Shown here: positions 36,541 to 48,999 of the stretch, piece by piece
Position numbering within the stretch: the first letter of the stretch is position 1
How the letters are laid out: every line of letters begins with the position of its first letter
Assembly (NCBI RefSeq): GCF_009834535.1
Contig: NC_045696.1
Coordinates: forward strand, 57,166,001 to 57,230,000
DNA: 64,000 nucleotides
Reading direction: 5' to 3'
DNA from: Camelus ferus
Lineage: Eukaryota
Translations under genes and position numbers: made by a program
The notes under the pieces: generated by a model
What the model was told of the DNA's origin: nothing
The model's database searches: none
What the model saw: only the letters and a program-made list of their open reading frames with translations

Positions 36541-38018
36541 GAATAGCAAACTAAACAAAAATTTAAAAATAAATCTGGCTATATTTACTCTATTGCTGAT
36601 TTAGAAGGTTGGAACTTGTTTTTTCTCAGCAACAACATAATGAATCAGAACTCTGACTTTCCTAAGGATTTGGTATGAAAAGTCTTACTCTCATATCTTT
36701 AACTATAAAAACATTAGTTTTCTTTTTCGAAGTGTTTGGTTCATTATCATTAATAAATCTATCCTCCATTTTTCATTATGTAAATCCCAAGAAACATAAT
36801 CAATCCCTACTAGATCAAGCCCAAATCTCTCAGCCTGCCATTTAAAGCCTTCCAGTAGCTGATTCCATCTGACCAGTAGAAATGATCAACTCCTCAGTGA
36901 CAACTCAAATTCTCCACTATCAGATTGGTTTTTGGCCAATTCTTACTCAAACTCTTACTCACTTGTGATTGTCTTTTGCTCATGCCCAACAATATGAACT
37001 TTAGTCTTAAAGAATTTGTTCAAGACCTACCTACTCTCTGGAAGCCTAAATAACTTGAGTATATATGTAATTTTTATATTTTTTTAGTTTGTTTTATCCC
37101 TTCCAATACATTTTAAGACTTACTTTTCCTCATCAACTACAGTGCCTACTTCACTTGGAGATATGGTAGAGGCCTGACAGATAGCTGATGACTGTATGTG
37201 GATATATGGGAGGCTAGAGAGTGAAGAAATAACAAAAACCCAACTATTCTTCCATAGTCCCTAAGAGCATTATTGCTCTGAGAGATTCTAGATCAAGACA
37301 GAAGTTTAGCAATTTGGGGGCTATTTTCATTACATGCAACGTGTAATGGGTACTCACACACAAAAGTATGGGATAAGGGCAAAATACAACTTTACAATAG
37401 AAGGTTTATGCTATAATAGAAGCTTAAATGCTCAGACACACAGAATACTTTTATGGATCCTAATGATTTCAGAAAGATTTTAATCATAATTTGAGAAAAC
37501 ACCATCAATAAATCTTTTGAATAATATTAAAAACAGCCTTCTTTAATATTTTGGGCATCCTAATAACCTCTAATGAGCCAGAGTTTTTAAAATAAATCAA
37601 CAAGCAGAATGAACTAAAAAAATACCACAGTTCAATGATTGGCTAATCTCTGACAACACTGGCAATCTGCTGTGATACAACAACTTAGTATACAATATCT
37701 GAAACAAAGAACAATTAGCAAATGTTACAACTAAGTTTACTTATAACTTATTACCAAAGCTAATAAATAATTGGCTTACTAAAACAGAATATCTTTAATT
37801 GAAGTATTATTAAGTGAAACCATATTTATATTAGTCCCCTAAAGACTGTGTTCAGCAAATACTGGCATGCACCATCACTTCAGAAGCCCTGAATAAAACA
37901 GGAGATCAAATTAATATGCTAGTAATCTCTAAAAGGAACATTAGCAGCATCTAGTCCTTGTGAAAAAGTATATGCCTTTAAAATATTAAGTCAGAAATCC
38001 AGAGAAATTTCAACATAC

Positions 38019-38143
38019 GTGAGCTTTACGGTAAGGGTTGTTGTCTTTGATTCCTGGTAAATATCTACGCCTTCCCAAAATAGTCTGAACAAATCCATCT
38101 CTTTTACAATTCTTTACTGTCTCTCTCATGAAATGATTAATTC
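38019..38143 (-). CDS. POLQ: POLQ exon 27 equivalent
   Basis: tttgcag|GA acceptor, CAC|gtatgt donor; GINHFMRETVKNCKRDGFVQTILGRRRYLPGIKDNNPYRKAH. Confidence 0.96.
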
Positions 38144-38285
38144 CTGCAAAGAAAATAAAGAAATAATTATAACCAATGTCCATCCTTAATCTCATTCACC
38201 AGTTTCAATACAGTGAAATATATGAAAACCCCACCATGATTATCACATCATCAAAACTTTGCATATAAACTTTCATTCACTTTTT

Positions 38286-38538
38286 CTTCCAGTTTTATTG
38301 AGAAATAATTAACATACATCACTGTATAAGTTTAAGATGTACAGTACAGGGGGAGGGTATGGCTCAGTGGTAATGCATGTGCTTAGCATGCAGGAGGTCC
38401 TGGGTTCAATCCCCAGTATATCCATTTAAATAAGTAAATGAATATAAATTAGATGTACAACATGATAGTTTACTTTATATATATATATAGTGAAATATAA
38501 CCACAGTAGGTTTAATTAACACCCATCATCTCATATAG
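38286..38538 (-). mobile_element. Short L1 3'-end insertion with 13-bp TSD
   Basis: TSD tcattcacttttt at 38273-38285 and 38539-38551; body ccagttttattgagaaataattaacatacatcactgtataagtttaag...catcatctcatatag. Confidence 0.75.
38349..38450 (+). mobile_element. tRNA-derived SINE, Vic-1-like, nested in the L1 fragment
   Basis: gggggagggtatggctcagtgg...gcttagcatgcaggaggtcctgggttcaatccccagta; flanking agatgtaca duplication (38335 and 38451). Confidence 0.8.
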
Positions 38539-40089
38539 TCATTCACTTTTTTGTAGACTCAAAACCTTGGAAACAAAAAGGACTTCAGAAATGACAAAAT
38601 CTCACTCTTTGTTTTTTAACCACCACCACCACCAACAAAAAGTACAAAACTAAACTCCAGAACAACAGAGCAGGTACTAAAACTGAGGTGGTTTTACTAC
38701 AGGATCTCAAGATTATTCCATGCTACTTTCATATTCCCTATACCAGCATTCATCCTTTGCTATATAGGTCCATCATTAGGTCATATGGATCTCCAGGATG
38801 AATTCTAGGCTCCAGGTGGAACAATCTCTTCACGCTTATTCCTATCTCTGAGCTAGAAAAGTCTTTTCTCCTGGAACATTCTTTTTCTAAACTCCTTAAA
38901 ACATATTCAAGTATAGAGACTGCTCATCTATCTTAATTCTTATGTGCAATTTCTGCTTTCCCCCAGTTCTGCTCGTCCAAATACTCCAAATAATCCAAAT
39001 GCTCATCCAAATCTCTCCCGATTAAAACCCTTCATTTGAGGATTTCTATTGTCTGGCTGGTATAGGAAAGACACTTGAAAAGATTGTAGGTAAAAGGAGG
39101 GGAGAAAACCCTATCGAGTAAAGCTGTTAGTGATATTTGACCACTAGCATAGGAATTTCAGAAAGCAATCAGGCTCTCATCTTCTAAGAATTACCGTGAT
39201 ACTGCTGAGTAGAAAACAAAGGATGAGATTTAAGAGACTGCATCTCTACAAATTCTCTCACCTGACTCCACTAGGAGGACTTCTAATATTCAGAGATCCA
39301 CAAGAACTACTTTAAAAAACAATCAATTCTGGGTCATAATTTATATACAATAAAGAGCACCCACTTCCAGTGAACAGTTAGAAGCATTTAAAAAAATTCC
39401 TATAACAACCAGTACAAGGCACAAAACATTTTCATCACCTTCACAGTCAGCCCCCCTTTATCAGCCTCAAACACTCCTGGATCTACTTTATGACACTGTA
39501 TCTTTTTCATGTTTTTCAACTTCATAAAAACTGAATTGTACTGTACATTCTCACTTGTGTCTGCTTTCTCTTGCTAAGTAGCATTCCATTGCAGAATTTG
39601 TTTATCTATAATACTGTTGACAGACATTTGTTTCTGGTAAAAAGGAGACAGCAGACCCAAAAAGGAGTCACTGAGACTTAATACTTAACCTAACTGCAGT
39701 CTCAATCTGCATAGGAATGCAACCTTTAACCGGTCAACCTGGAATTACCTGGTCAGCACTAGCGAGATTATCTGCCTAATAGGCCCTTCCATTCCCCTTA
39801 GGAGGGTGTCTGAAACATTGCATTCTTTGCTAATAATTTCCTTTTTCTGTCCCTTTTCCACTTTTGAAAAACTTTCCTTTACTACAGCTCAGTGGAGCTC
39901 CTTTCTATTGCTAGATGCAATGTTGCCCAATTCGTGAATCATTAAATAAAACCAATTTGATTTTAAATTTACTCAGTTGATAAACAGAAACAAAGTAATG
40001 GATATAGAGAACAAATAGGTGGTTGCCAGAGGGAAGGGGGGTGGAGGGAGCAGAGAAATAGGTGAGGAAGATTAAGAGGAACAAACTTT

Positions 40090-41969
40090 TATGGGATTTC
40101 TGGTCAAGATGGTGGAGCAGTAGGACCACAAGCTCACCTCTCCTCATGACTACAACAAATCCACAACTGAATGCTAAACCACCATCAGAAAAAAGACTGG
40201 AACCTAGCAAAAAAGATCTTCTGCAACTGAAAACACAAAGAAGGAACCACAGCAAGATAGTAGGAAGGGCATGCTCACGATATAATTAGGCTCCATACCC
40301 CTCGGTTGGTGATCCACAAACTGAAGATTTGTTAAGCCACAGAGGCTCTCCCATAGGCATGAGAGCTCTAAGCCCCACATCAGGCTCCCCAGCTTGGGTT
40401 CTGGCATTGGGAAGAGAAGGAGACCCCAGGACATCTGGTTTTGAAGGCCAGCAGGGCTTGGTGCCAGAAGCCCCATGGGACTAGGGGAAACGGAGACTCC
40501 ATTCACTTGGGAAGCCTACACAGAATCTTGTGCATGCCAGGTCCAAGGGAAGAGGAAGTGATTTCATAGGAACCTGGGCCCGGCCTGCCTGCTGGACTTG
40601 GAGGGTCTTCTGGGGATGTGGGGAAGTCTGCGGCTCACCCAGGGGAATTAAAACTGGTGGCGGACATTCTGGTAATGTTCATCTACATGAGCTTTCCTGG
40701 AGGCTGACATATTGATTGGATCATTAGCACCATGATCTAGCCCCACCGAACAGCCTGTAGGGAACCCTCGGGCCAAACATACAGGGTGGGAACACAGCCC
40801 CACCCATCAGCAGACTTCCTAAGCCACAAAGGCCTCTAGACACCAGAGGTCCAGGAACAATTTTCATCCAGCAGTGAGCAGGCACTGGCTCCTCCTGCCA
40901 GGAACCCTGCATAAGCCTCTAGCCCAGCCTCATCCACCAGGGGCAGATACTAGAAATAAGAAGACAACAATCCCAAAGCCTGTGGAAGGAATACACAAAC
41001 ACATAGAAAGATAGATGATATGAGGCGGCAAAGGAGTATCTCCCAGGCCAAGGCATGAGATAAAATCCCAGAAGAAGAAATAAGTGATGGAGAGATAGGA
41101 AATTTATCTGAGAAAGACTTTAAAGTAATGATGGTGAAGACGTTCAGAGAACTCAGGAGGAATATAGATGCACAGAGTGAAGTTTTTAGCAAAGAGTTGG
41201 AAAATATAAAGAATACCCAGAGTTGAAGGACAAAATCACTGAAATGAAAAACACACTAGAAGGAACCAAGAATAGACTAAACAAGGCAGAAGAACGGATC
41301 AGTGAGCTAGAAGACAGATTAGTGGAAATCACTACTTTAGAACAGAAAACAGAAAAAATAATGAAAAGGAATCAGGATAGTTTAAGAGAACTCTGGGACA
41401 ACATGAAGTGCTCTAATATTTGCATTATAGGGGTCCCAGAAAGAGAAGAGAGAGAGAAAGGACCTGAGAAAATTTTTGGCAAGATAATCACTGAAAACTT
41501 CCCCAGCTTGGGAAAGGAAACAGTCACCCAAGTCCAGGAAGCATAGAGAATACCACACAGGATCAACCCAAAGAGGAGCACATCAAAGCACAGTCATCAA
41601 ATTGACAAAAATTAAGGTTAAGGAGAAAATATTAAAATTAGGAAGAGAAAAGCAACAAATAACACACAAGAGAACTCCCATAATGTTATCAGCTGATTTT
41701 TCAGCAGAAACTCTACAGGCCAGAAGGGAGTGGCACGATATACTTAAAGTGATGAATGGGGAAAACTTACAACAAAGAATACTCTATCCAGCAAGGCTCT
41801 CATTTAGACTTGATGGAGAAACTAAAAGCTTGACAGATAAACAAAAGCTAAAAGATTTCAGTACCACCAAACCAGCTTTGCAACAGATGTTAAAGGATCT
41901 TCTCTAGTCATCAAACCATAAGAGAAGAGAACAAAAAGAAGAAAGAGGGGGAAAAAAAGACATACAAAA
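40090..41969 (+). mobile_element. L1 5'UTR plus degenerate ORF1 (no ORF2 in sense orientation)
   Basis: 5' end ttctggtcaagatggtggagcagtagga; ORF1p remnants 41223-41546 (ELWDNMKCSNICIIGVPE...ENFPSL) and 41602-41907 (LSADFSAETLQARREW...ILYPARLSF); broken by stops and frameshifts. Confidence 0.9.
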
Positions 41970-42574
41970 GATTGCTTTGGCTGTTCAGGGTCTTTTGTGG
42001 TTCCTTATAAATTTTGGAATTGTTTTTTCTCGTTCTGTGAGGAATGTCTTGACTATTTTGCTAGGGGTTGCACTGGATATGTGGATTGCTTTGGGTAGTG
42101 TGGCCATTTTGATATTATTGATTCTTCCAATCCAAGAGCACAAGAAATCTTTCCATTTCTTTGTGTCACTTTGGCTTTCGGAGTATAGGTAACCTCCTTG
42201 GTTAAGTTTATTTCTAGGTATTTTGTTGTTCTTGATGTAATGGAAATGTTTATGCCGGTTATAAAGTTCTGGTTTTTGAAGTCAAAGAAAAAGTAAAGGG
42301 CCGCAAATGGCAAAGTATCCTTCTTTCTTATGAGTTGTATTCCATTACATATTTGTATGCTGCATCTCCATTATCTACTCAACTACTGATGTGCACTTAG
42401 GATGCTTCCATATCTTGGCAATGACAAATAATGTTGCTGTTAATAGCAAGGTGTATGTATCTTTTTGAATTAATTTTTATTTTGTGGTTGGCTTTATTCC
42501 TTTGATAACTATGTAAGTTTAAAAAGCTAAAGCTCTAAACATTCTTACAAACAATGAACACTACATATATGTAA

Positions 42575-43104
42575 ATTTTAAAATATATGTGCTGTGAAAA
42601 GAAAAAAAGAGTTATCAAGCCATGAAAGACATGGAAGAAACTTAAAAGACATATTACTAAATGAAAGAAGCCAGTCTGAAAAGATTCCAACCAAATGACA
42701 TTCTGGAAAAGGCAAAGCTACGGAAACAAAAGAAAGATCATGGTTTCTACAGGTTTGGGGAGACGGAGGGAGGGATGAATAGATGGAGCACAAGGGATTT
42801 TTAGGGCAATAAAATTATTCTGTATGATATTATAGTGATGGTTATATGTCATTATGCATTTGTCAAAGCCCATAGAATGTACATCAAGAGTGAACCCTAA
42901 TGTAAACTATGGACTTTGGTTGATAATAATGTGCCCATGTTGGTTCATCGATTGTACCAAATATGCCACAATGATGAGGGATGTTGAGGGTAGGGGAGTA
43001 TATATGTGTGGGTGGGGAGGGCTATGTGGGAACTCTGTATTTTCTGCTCAATTCTGCTGTAAACCTGAAACTGCACTAAAAAAATAGTCTATTTTTAAAG
43101 AAAA
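42575..43104 (+). mobile_element. L1MC1-like 3' end inside the TSD-flanked block
   Basis: tatcaagccatgaaagacatggaagaaactt...gacattctggaaaaggcaaa...agagtgaaccctaatgtaaactatggactttgg...gtaaacctgaaactgcactaaaaaa. Confidence 0.75.
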
Positions 43105-45750
43105 AGGAACAAACTTTGTTACAAAATACATGAGTCACAAATATGAAATGTACAGCATGAGGAATATAGTCAATAACTATGTCTTATCTTTTATGGTTAA
43201 CAGATGACAACTAGTTATCATGGTGATCATTTTGAAATGTATAGAAGTACTGAAGCACTATGTTGTGCACCAAGAACTAACACAGTTTGTAAGTCAATTA
43301 CACTTCAAAAACAAACTCATAGAAAAAGAGATCAGATTTGTAGCTAACAGAGGCAGGGAGCGGGAGGAGTGGGAATTAGATGAAGATGGTCAAAAGCTAC
43401 TAACTTTCAGTTATAAGATAAATAAATTCTAGGAATGTAATGCACAACATGATAAAGCCAATTAACACTGTTTTATGTTATATATGAAAATTGTTAAGAG
43501 AATAAATCCTAAGAGGAAAAAATCACAAAGAAAAATATTTTTTTCCATTTCTTTAATGTCTATCAATATGAGATGATGGATGTTCACTAAATCTATTGCA
43601 GTAAACATTCCGTGATATATTGTGCTGTACACCTTAAATTTATAAAGTGCTATGTGTCAATTATACCTCAATAAAACTGGGAAAAAACTTTTTAACATTT
43701 ATTCACTTGATTTTTTGTTGTTTAACATTCCCAGTCTTTGGCTGTTATGAATAAAACTGCTACAACATTCACATGCAAGTCTTCCTTTGGACATATGTTT
43801 TCATTTTTCTTGGGTAAAAATCCAAGAGTAAATTACAGAATCATAAGGTTAGGTGTATGTTTAACTTTATATGAAAGAGCCATACTGTTTTTCAAAGTGG
43901 TTGTACCATTTTACAGCCCAACCAGCAATGTAAAATAGATACAATGTTTTTAGCATTCTAGTGTTTTTTAATGGTATCTTTGTGGTTTTAATTTGCTTTT
44001 CCTGAGGACTAATGATGATAATACTTGAGATAGTTATTCATGTATCTTCTTTTATGAAGTGTCTATTCAAATCTTTTGAACTTAATTTTATTGAACTGTT
44101 TGCTTCTTCACTTTGAGTTGTAAGTTTGTTTTGGGTTTTTGTTTTTAAATATATAGATCCTGGACTCAAGTCCTTTGTTAGATAATAGGGACTGTAAATG
44201 TTTTCTCTCAAGTCTGTGGCTTGCCTTTATACTTTCTTAATAGTGTCCTTTATCAATATTTATCTTTTATAGTTAATTCGGTGTTATTATCACCTAGGAA
44301 ACTATTGCTGCCTCTATGTTACAAAGCTCCTCTCCCTTTTATCCTGGAAGGTTTCTAGTTCTAGCTTTTACTTTTAGGTTTACTCTTCATATCAAGTTAA
44401 TTTTTTTAATATAGAGTGAGATAAAAGTAGAAGGTTTTTGGTTCTTCTCCCCATACTGGTATCCAGTTGCTCTAGCACCAACTGCTGACAAGACCATCTT
44501 TCCTTCACTGAATTACCACAGCAACTTTGTTGAAAATCAATTCATCATATATGTATAGGTCTATTTCTGGATGCTCTGTTGTGTTTCATTGTTCTCTATA
44601 TACACTCTTATGCCTATCCTGATTATTGTAGTTTTATAATAAGTTTTGAAACTAAGGATTGTAAATACTCAGCATTGTATTTTTCCCACCAAAATTATTC
44701 TAGTTATTCCAAGGCCTCTGAATTTCCATATAAATTTAGAAACAGCTTGTCAAATTTGACACAAAAGTCTAATGATATTTTGATTGAAAATGCATTGAAT
44801 CTATAGAACAATTTACAGAGAACTGTCATCATTAACAATATTGTGCCTTCTAATAAATTAACATGGTAAATTTCACATTTACTTATGTATTCTTCAGTTT
44901 CTCTCAGAATTGCTTTGGGGTTTTCAGTAAAGTCTTGCACATACTGTTAAGTTTACTCCAAGTATTTCATGCTTTTTGATGTTATTGTAAGGGTTTTATT
45001 ATTACTTCATTCATGAATTGTTTATTGCTAGTATATAAAAGTACAACTGAGTTTTACAAACTGATCTTGTATGGTGGGAACTTGTGCTAAATTAGTTATT
45101 TGTTCTAGTAGTTGTTTTTACAGAATTCACATGGTTTTCTATGCATAAGATCATGTCATGTGTGAGTAAAAGTTTTTCTTTTTGGGGACTGGAGACAGGG
45201 TTGATTACAAAGGAGGCAAAAAAGAACATTTTAAGGTGATGGGGTGATGTTTCCCTATCGGTTGTAGTGTAGATTATATGAATGTGTGCACTTATCAAAA
45301 TTCATAGAACTATACACCTAAAAATCGTGAATTTTATTGTTATTCAAATTGCTCTATAATAGTAATTGTTCTCTCACAGTTTCTGGTACATTTAATCAAC
45401 AGTTTATTGTTTCAGGCTAAAGCTATATAAACCCAAAGCACAGGACAAGTCCTATATTTTGAGATATTCACAATGACATAGTAGCACATACATTAACTGC
45501 ATTTTACTATTCCATTTCTGTCCCTCCTTTTATGAAAAAAGCACATCTTTGTAAATAATAATAATAAGTAAGGTTATTTTAATTAATTATTCAATTAATA
45601 TTATTTAATTTACAATGCTTGATGAAAACTTCTGTTGGAAATGTTAATAGAAAATCCTATTTTTATTTTTTAACAAAAATTAATATAATATGGAAAGAGA
45701 GTTAAGACGAATAGTATCTAGAAGATAAATAACACTCAAGGCTTCCTTAC

Positions 45751-45862
45751 CAGTGTATCTGGTTTTGAAGGAGTCGATGTAGCAAGCAGCATCATTTTCT
45801 TTAATACCCATCTGCTCTCCCAGAGACTTAGCTCCCATTCCATATATGATTCCATAGCAAAT
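45751..45862 (-). CDS. POLQ: POLQ exon 26 equivalent (O-helix, motif B continuation)
   Basis: cctttcag|ATT acceptor, CTG|gtaagg donor; ICYGIIYGMGAKSLGEQMGIKENDAACYIDSFKTRYT. Confidence 0.97.
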
Positions 45863-46514
45863 CTGAAAGGGACTCATCACACTCAGTATGTAAGTTAAAG
45901 GTCATAACTACATAAAATGCAAACATAAAAAGTTTATTAGGATTGAAATTTGGTAAACTTTTCACAGTGAGTCAAAGAAATGATTAGATTTGCTTTTCAT
46001 GGGTAAGATCCATAGAAGCGGATATCCAGTGAACATCTTTTTCTGCCTTTTAGCAATTCTTTTTGAGGTCGGGGGAGGAAAAGAAGAAAGGGCAGAATAC
46101 GAATGCATGTGAGTGTATGTGAGTTAAGAAAATAACCCTAATGATTTAAAAGGAAAAATTTATTTCTCGCTAGCATTTATCCAGCAGTCTTCAGAACAGC
46201 TTTCTACTCCTAATACCTCATTAACTATTGCTTAAAGGAGTCAGAAACTACTGCCTAGAAGTCAGGAAAGAGAAGCATTATGAACATCCCTCTCCTCACC
46301 TTTCGATAGGACTAAAAAGCAGAAAGAGTAGACTACGTGACTTCATAATGGGGGGGACTTCACTGGAAATAAATATCCTCTTCATCTTACAGCCACCTGA
46401 AATCCCACAATAACAGAATTTATTTGGGTTAAATACAAACTCTTGAGAAAGTTTTGGAAGTAGTGAAGGAAAATGGTTTAAATCAGTCAATAAAGAAACT
46501 CTGATTTAATAATA

Positions 46515-47195
46515 ATTATTGCCTGGGTTCAAATCCTAGTTCCACCATTTACAAGAGGTATTATCTTACGAAGGCTACCTTATATCTTGATTTTTTTCAA
46601 CCATAAAGTGAGGATAGTAATAACTACATCATGACATTGTTAGGATTAGATGAGTTATTATATATATGTTCAGGAAACTGCATGACATAAGGTAAGCTCT
46701 ATATAAACATTGGTAAATAAAATTTTAAAAGATAACTTGCAAAAAATGATTATCAGAATTCCAAAATACTTTCAAAATACTTTTTTTTAAAATTACATTG
46801 AGATGGATTTTTTCCCTCTCCAGTTTTCTTTTTCGGTCTTTCTGTATTTTTTTTTTTAACTCAGATATTACTTAGTGCTGTCTGAGATCTCAGCAACAGA
46901 GATCTAGATTAGACGGTCAGCACATGGTAATTCAGGGGAAAAAAAGGAAAAAAAAGCATAAACAATATTAAATCATGCAATAACTTATTAAATAGAAAAA
47001 GCTATCATCTATGTATAAATGTTTAGATTATGGAGTCAGAATGTCTACGTTCTGGCATTCTGAACTTACACTGGCTCCACTATTTAGAGCTCTATGACCT
47101 TAAGCAAACTACTAACTTTCTGTGCCTTGGTTTCTTCCTATATAGAATGGGGATAATAATAATATCTATTTCACAAATTTATTATGAGTATTAAA
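46515..47195 (+). mobile_element. Two MIR remnants (about 46515-46715 and 47030-47195)
   Basis: gcctgggttcaaatcctagttccaccatttac; tgaccttaagcaaactactaactttctgtgccttggtttc...aatggggataataata. Confidence 0.65.
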
Positions 47196-47834
47196 TATTG
47201 GAATATGATCTAATTAACCTAGGGTTTGATGCTTGCTAAATGCATGACCCCTGAGAAGATTCAATAGGACAAAGCTGGCTTTCTAAATAATAGGAGGAAC
47301 AAGTGTTGGTGTTAAGCAACCAGTGGTGAGAGAAGTGTTTCATCCTTACCGAGCCAATCAAGAATTATAGTTACGAGTAGCTAGAAGTGTAAATGTAAAA
47401 CTAGCAAAGCAGGATCTTGGAGGTGGAAGTGGTGTGCCTTTACTTCAGCCAACAACCCTGCTCTCTTGAAAATGGCATCATATTTCTCACAGGTCATTTG
47501 GTAAGGAAGTATTAGTGTTAATTCTGGAGGAAATGGTGTAACTGTGGACTCTGATTGTCCCTGTGCCTGATAGTCATCCAGGAATAGGAATTAATATGGA
47601 CCCATTTGAAAAGTCCAACGGCAATATGAAGTTTCATGGGCAGCTGAGCTAACCAATGGCCTCAAAAAACTAAAAAACTATTAGTTATTAATTATAATCC
47701 ATAGTTCAGCAACATTTATTTTTCAACAAATATTAGAGAGCACCATTCTATAAAAAGCACTGTGGCTTAATGCTGTGTGAATATAGAAAGATAAGCATAA
47801 GGGTGCTTACAGGCTAGAAAGAGAATTTAAAAAT

Positions 47835-47881
<47 letters not shown>
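47835..47881. repeat. Interrupted (AC)n microsatellite; (UG)n on the POLQ pre-mRNA
   Basis: Read directly. Confidence 0.95.
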
Positions 47882-47883
<2 letters not shown>

Positions 47884-48149
47884 TAACATCTACCACCACC
47901 ACCACAATATCTATCACTAATGTAAATGGCTTTCCTGAAACTAAGTAGCCCCAGACTAAGTCTGATTCTTTCTACTGGCTCTACAAGAATATAATTAATA
48001 CCATGAGATAGGCTCAGATGAATATTGTGAAAGACCCAAAGATGGAGAAATCACTTTTCAACTGCAAATGATTGAGACAGTTTAAAAAAAATTTTTTTTG
48101 AATCATTAAAATTCTCCTCATTTATGTTAGGCATGTTCACTAAGATCAC

Positions 48150-48334
48150 CTGCTTTGCTTGTTGCCTCAGATCATCCCCAACAGATTCTGGCTCAGTCAT
48201 CTTCCAGTCAGCTGCAATACTCCTGAAGACATCAGCTCCAGTGTTTAGTACTTGAATGAGACGATGATCATGGGATAAATGAGCCAAGATCCTCAGCTCA
48301 AGTTGAGAGTAATCAGCAGCTAATATTAAACCAC
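48150..48334 (-). CDS. POLQ: POLQ exon 25 equivalent, polymerase motif A (DYSQLELR)
   Basis: atttcag|GT acceptor, CAG|gtgatc donor; GGLILAADYSQLELRILAHLSHDHRLIQVLNTGADVFRSIAADWKMTEPESVGDDLRQQAKQ. Confidence 0.97.
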
Positions 48335-48999
48335 CTGAAATAGAAATAATTTTAGAAAATTTGGCACAAAAATACCCCCAAGTTTTATGACACTGAGCAG
48401 GATAACAGAAATTTAGTTCAAACACAGAACCATGAAATAATGTAGCCAAAAGCCAAAAACCTTGCTCTTAATATGATTCAATTCAATTCTACAACATGCG
48501 AAGTTTTTTTGCTTAGCTGTCGAGTATGTAAATGTATGTAAAGTCACCCTTGACCTCTGCCCCTTAACCACTGCGGTAGTGCTTTCCTCAGTGTTCCCAA
48601 AGCACTGACACATAATCTAAAATGGTTCTTTCATGCTTCTCCCAAGTAGTCATTAGGGGTAGGAGACTTAATCTTTTGCATTCTATAGAAAACCTTGCAC
48701 AGTTTCTGGCACATAATAGGCCCTTAACAAACGGTTGTTGAATGAATGAATGAAAGAATGAATACATGAATGAATGAATGGAGAAACTGGTTTCTAATAT
48801 GTGCACATTTTAAGGGGGCTGGAGAGAAATGTGTGCTCTGCTTTGAAAATAAAGTTGTTCAACAAAACAAAAAATCAAGTGCTCTATATGTGAAGAATGG
48901 TTATTAAGAGGATTCAAATAATTTATCTATGGGCTAGAAATGATTGGATATGCATGGCAAAAACAAAATAAAATAAATAAAGTAAAAGCAGGGTAAAAG

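Larger units (their letters stand above)
39981..43690 (+). mobile_element. L1 3'UTR fragment split into 39981-40089 and 43105-43690
   Basis: gagaacaaataggtggttgccagagggaagggg...gaggaacaaacttt continues at aggaacaaactttgttacaaaata...ctcaataaaactgggaaaaaa. Confidence 0.75.
39636..43727 (+). mobile_element. MER34-like ERV LTR split into 39636-39980 and about 43700-43727
   Basis: tgctagatgcaatgttgcccaattcgtgaatcattaaataaaaccaatt...tttactcagttga and the terminal ttttttgttgtttaaca. Confidence 0.6.
39310..45175 (-). mobile_element. Old L1ME-like element (reverse), split by a 4.1-kb nested stack at 39636-43727
   Basis: Left part ends gttgacagacatttgtttc, right part resumes ttcccagtctttggctgttatgaataaaactgct; ORF 44704-44940(-) resembles the L1 ORF2 C-terminus (LFYRFNAFSIKI). 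Confidence 0.7.

Noticed and set aside
41223..41907. 107-aa and 101-aa ORFs as a possible novel gene
   Set aside because: They are consecutive pieces of L1 ORF1p broken by a stop and frameshifts.
47300..47660. Coding-looking intronic stretch
   Set aside because: No sustained ORF; it may be a very old LINE reverse-transcriptase remnant, but I cannot support a family call.
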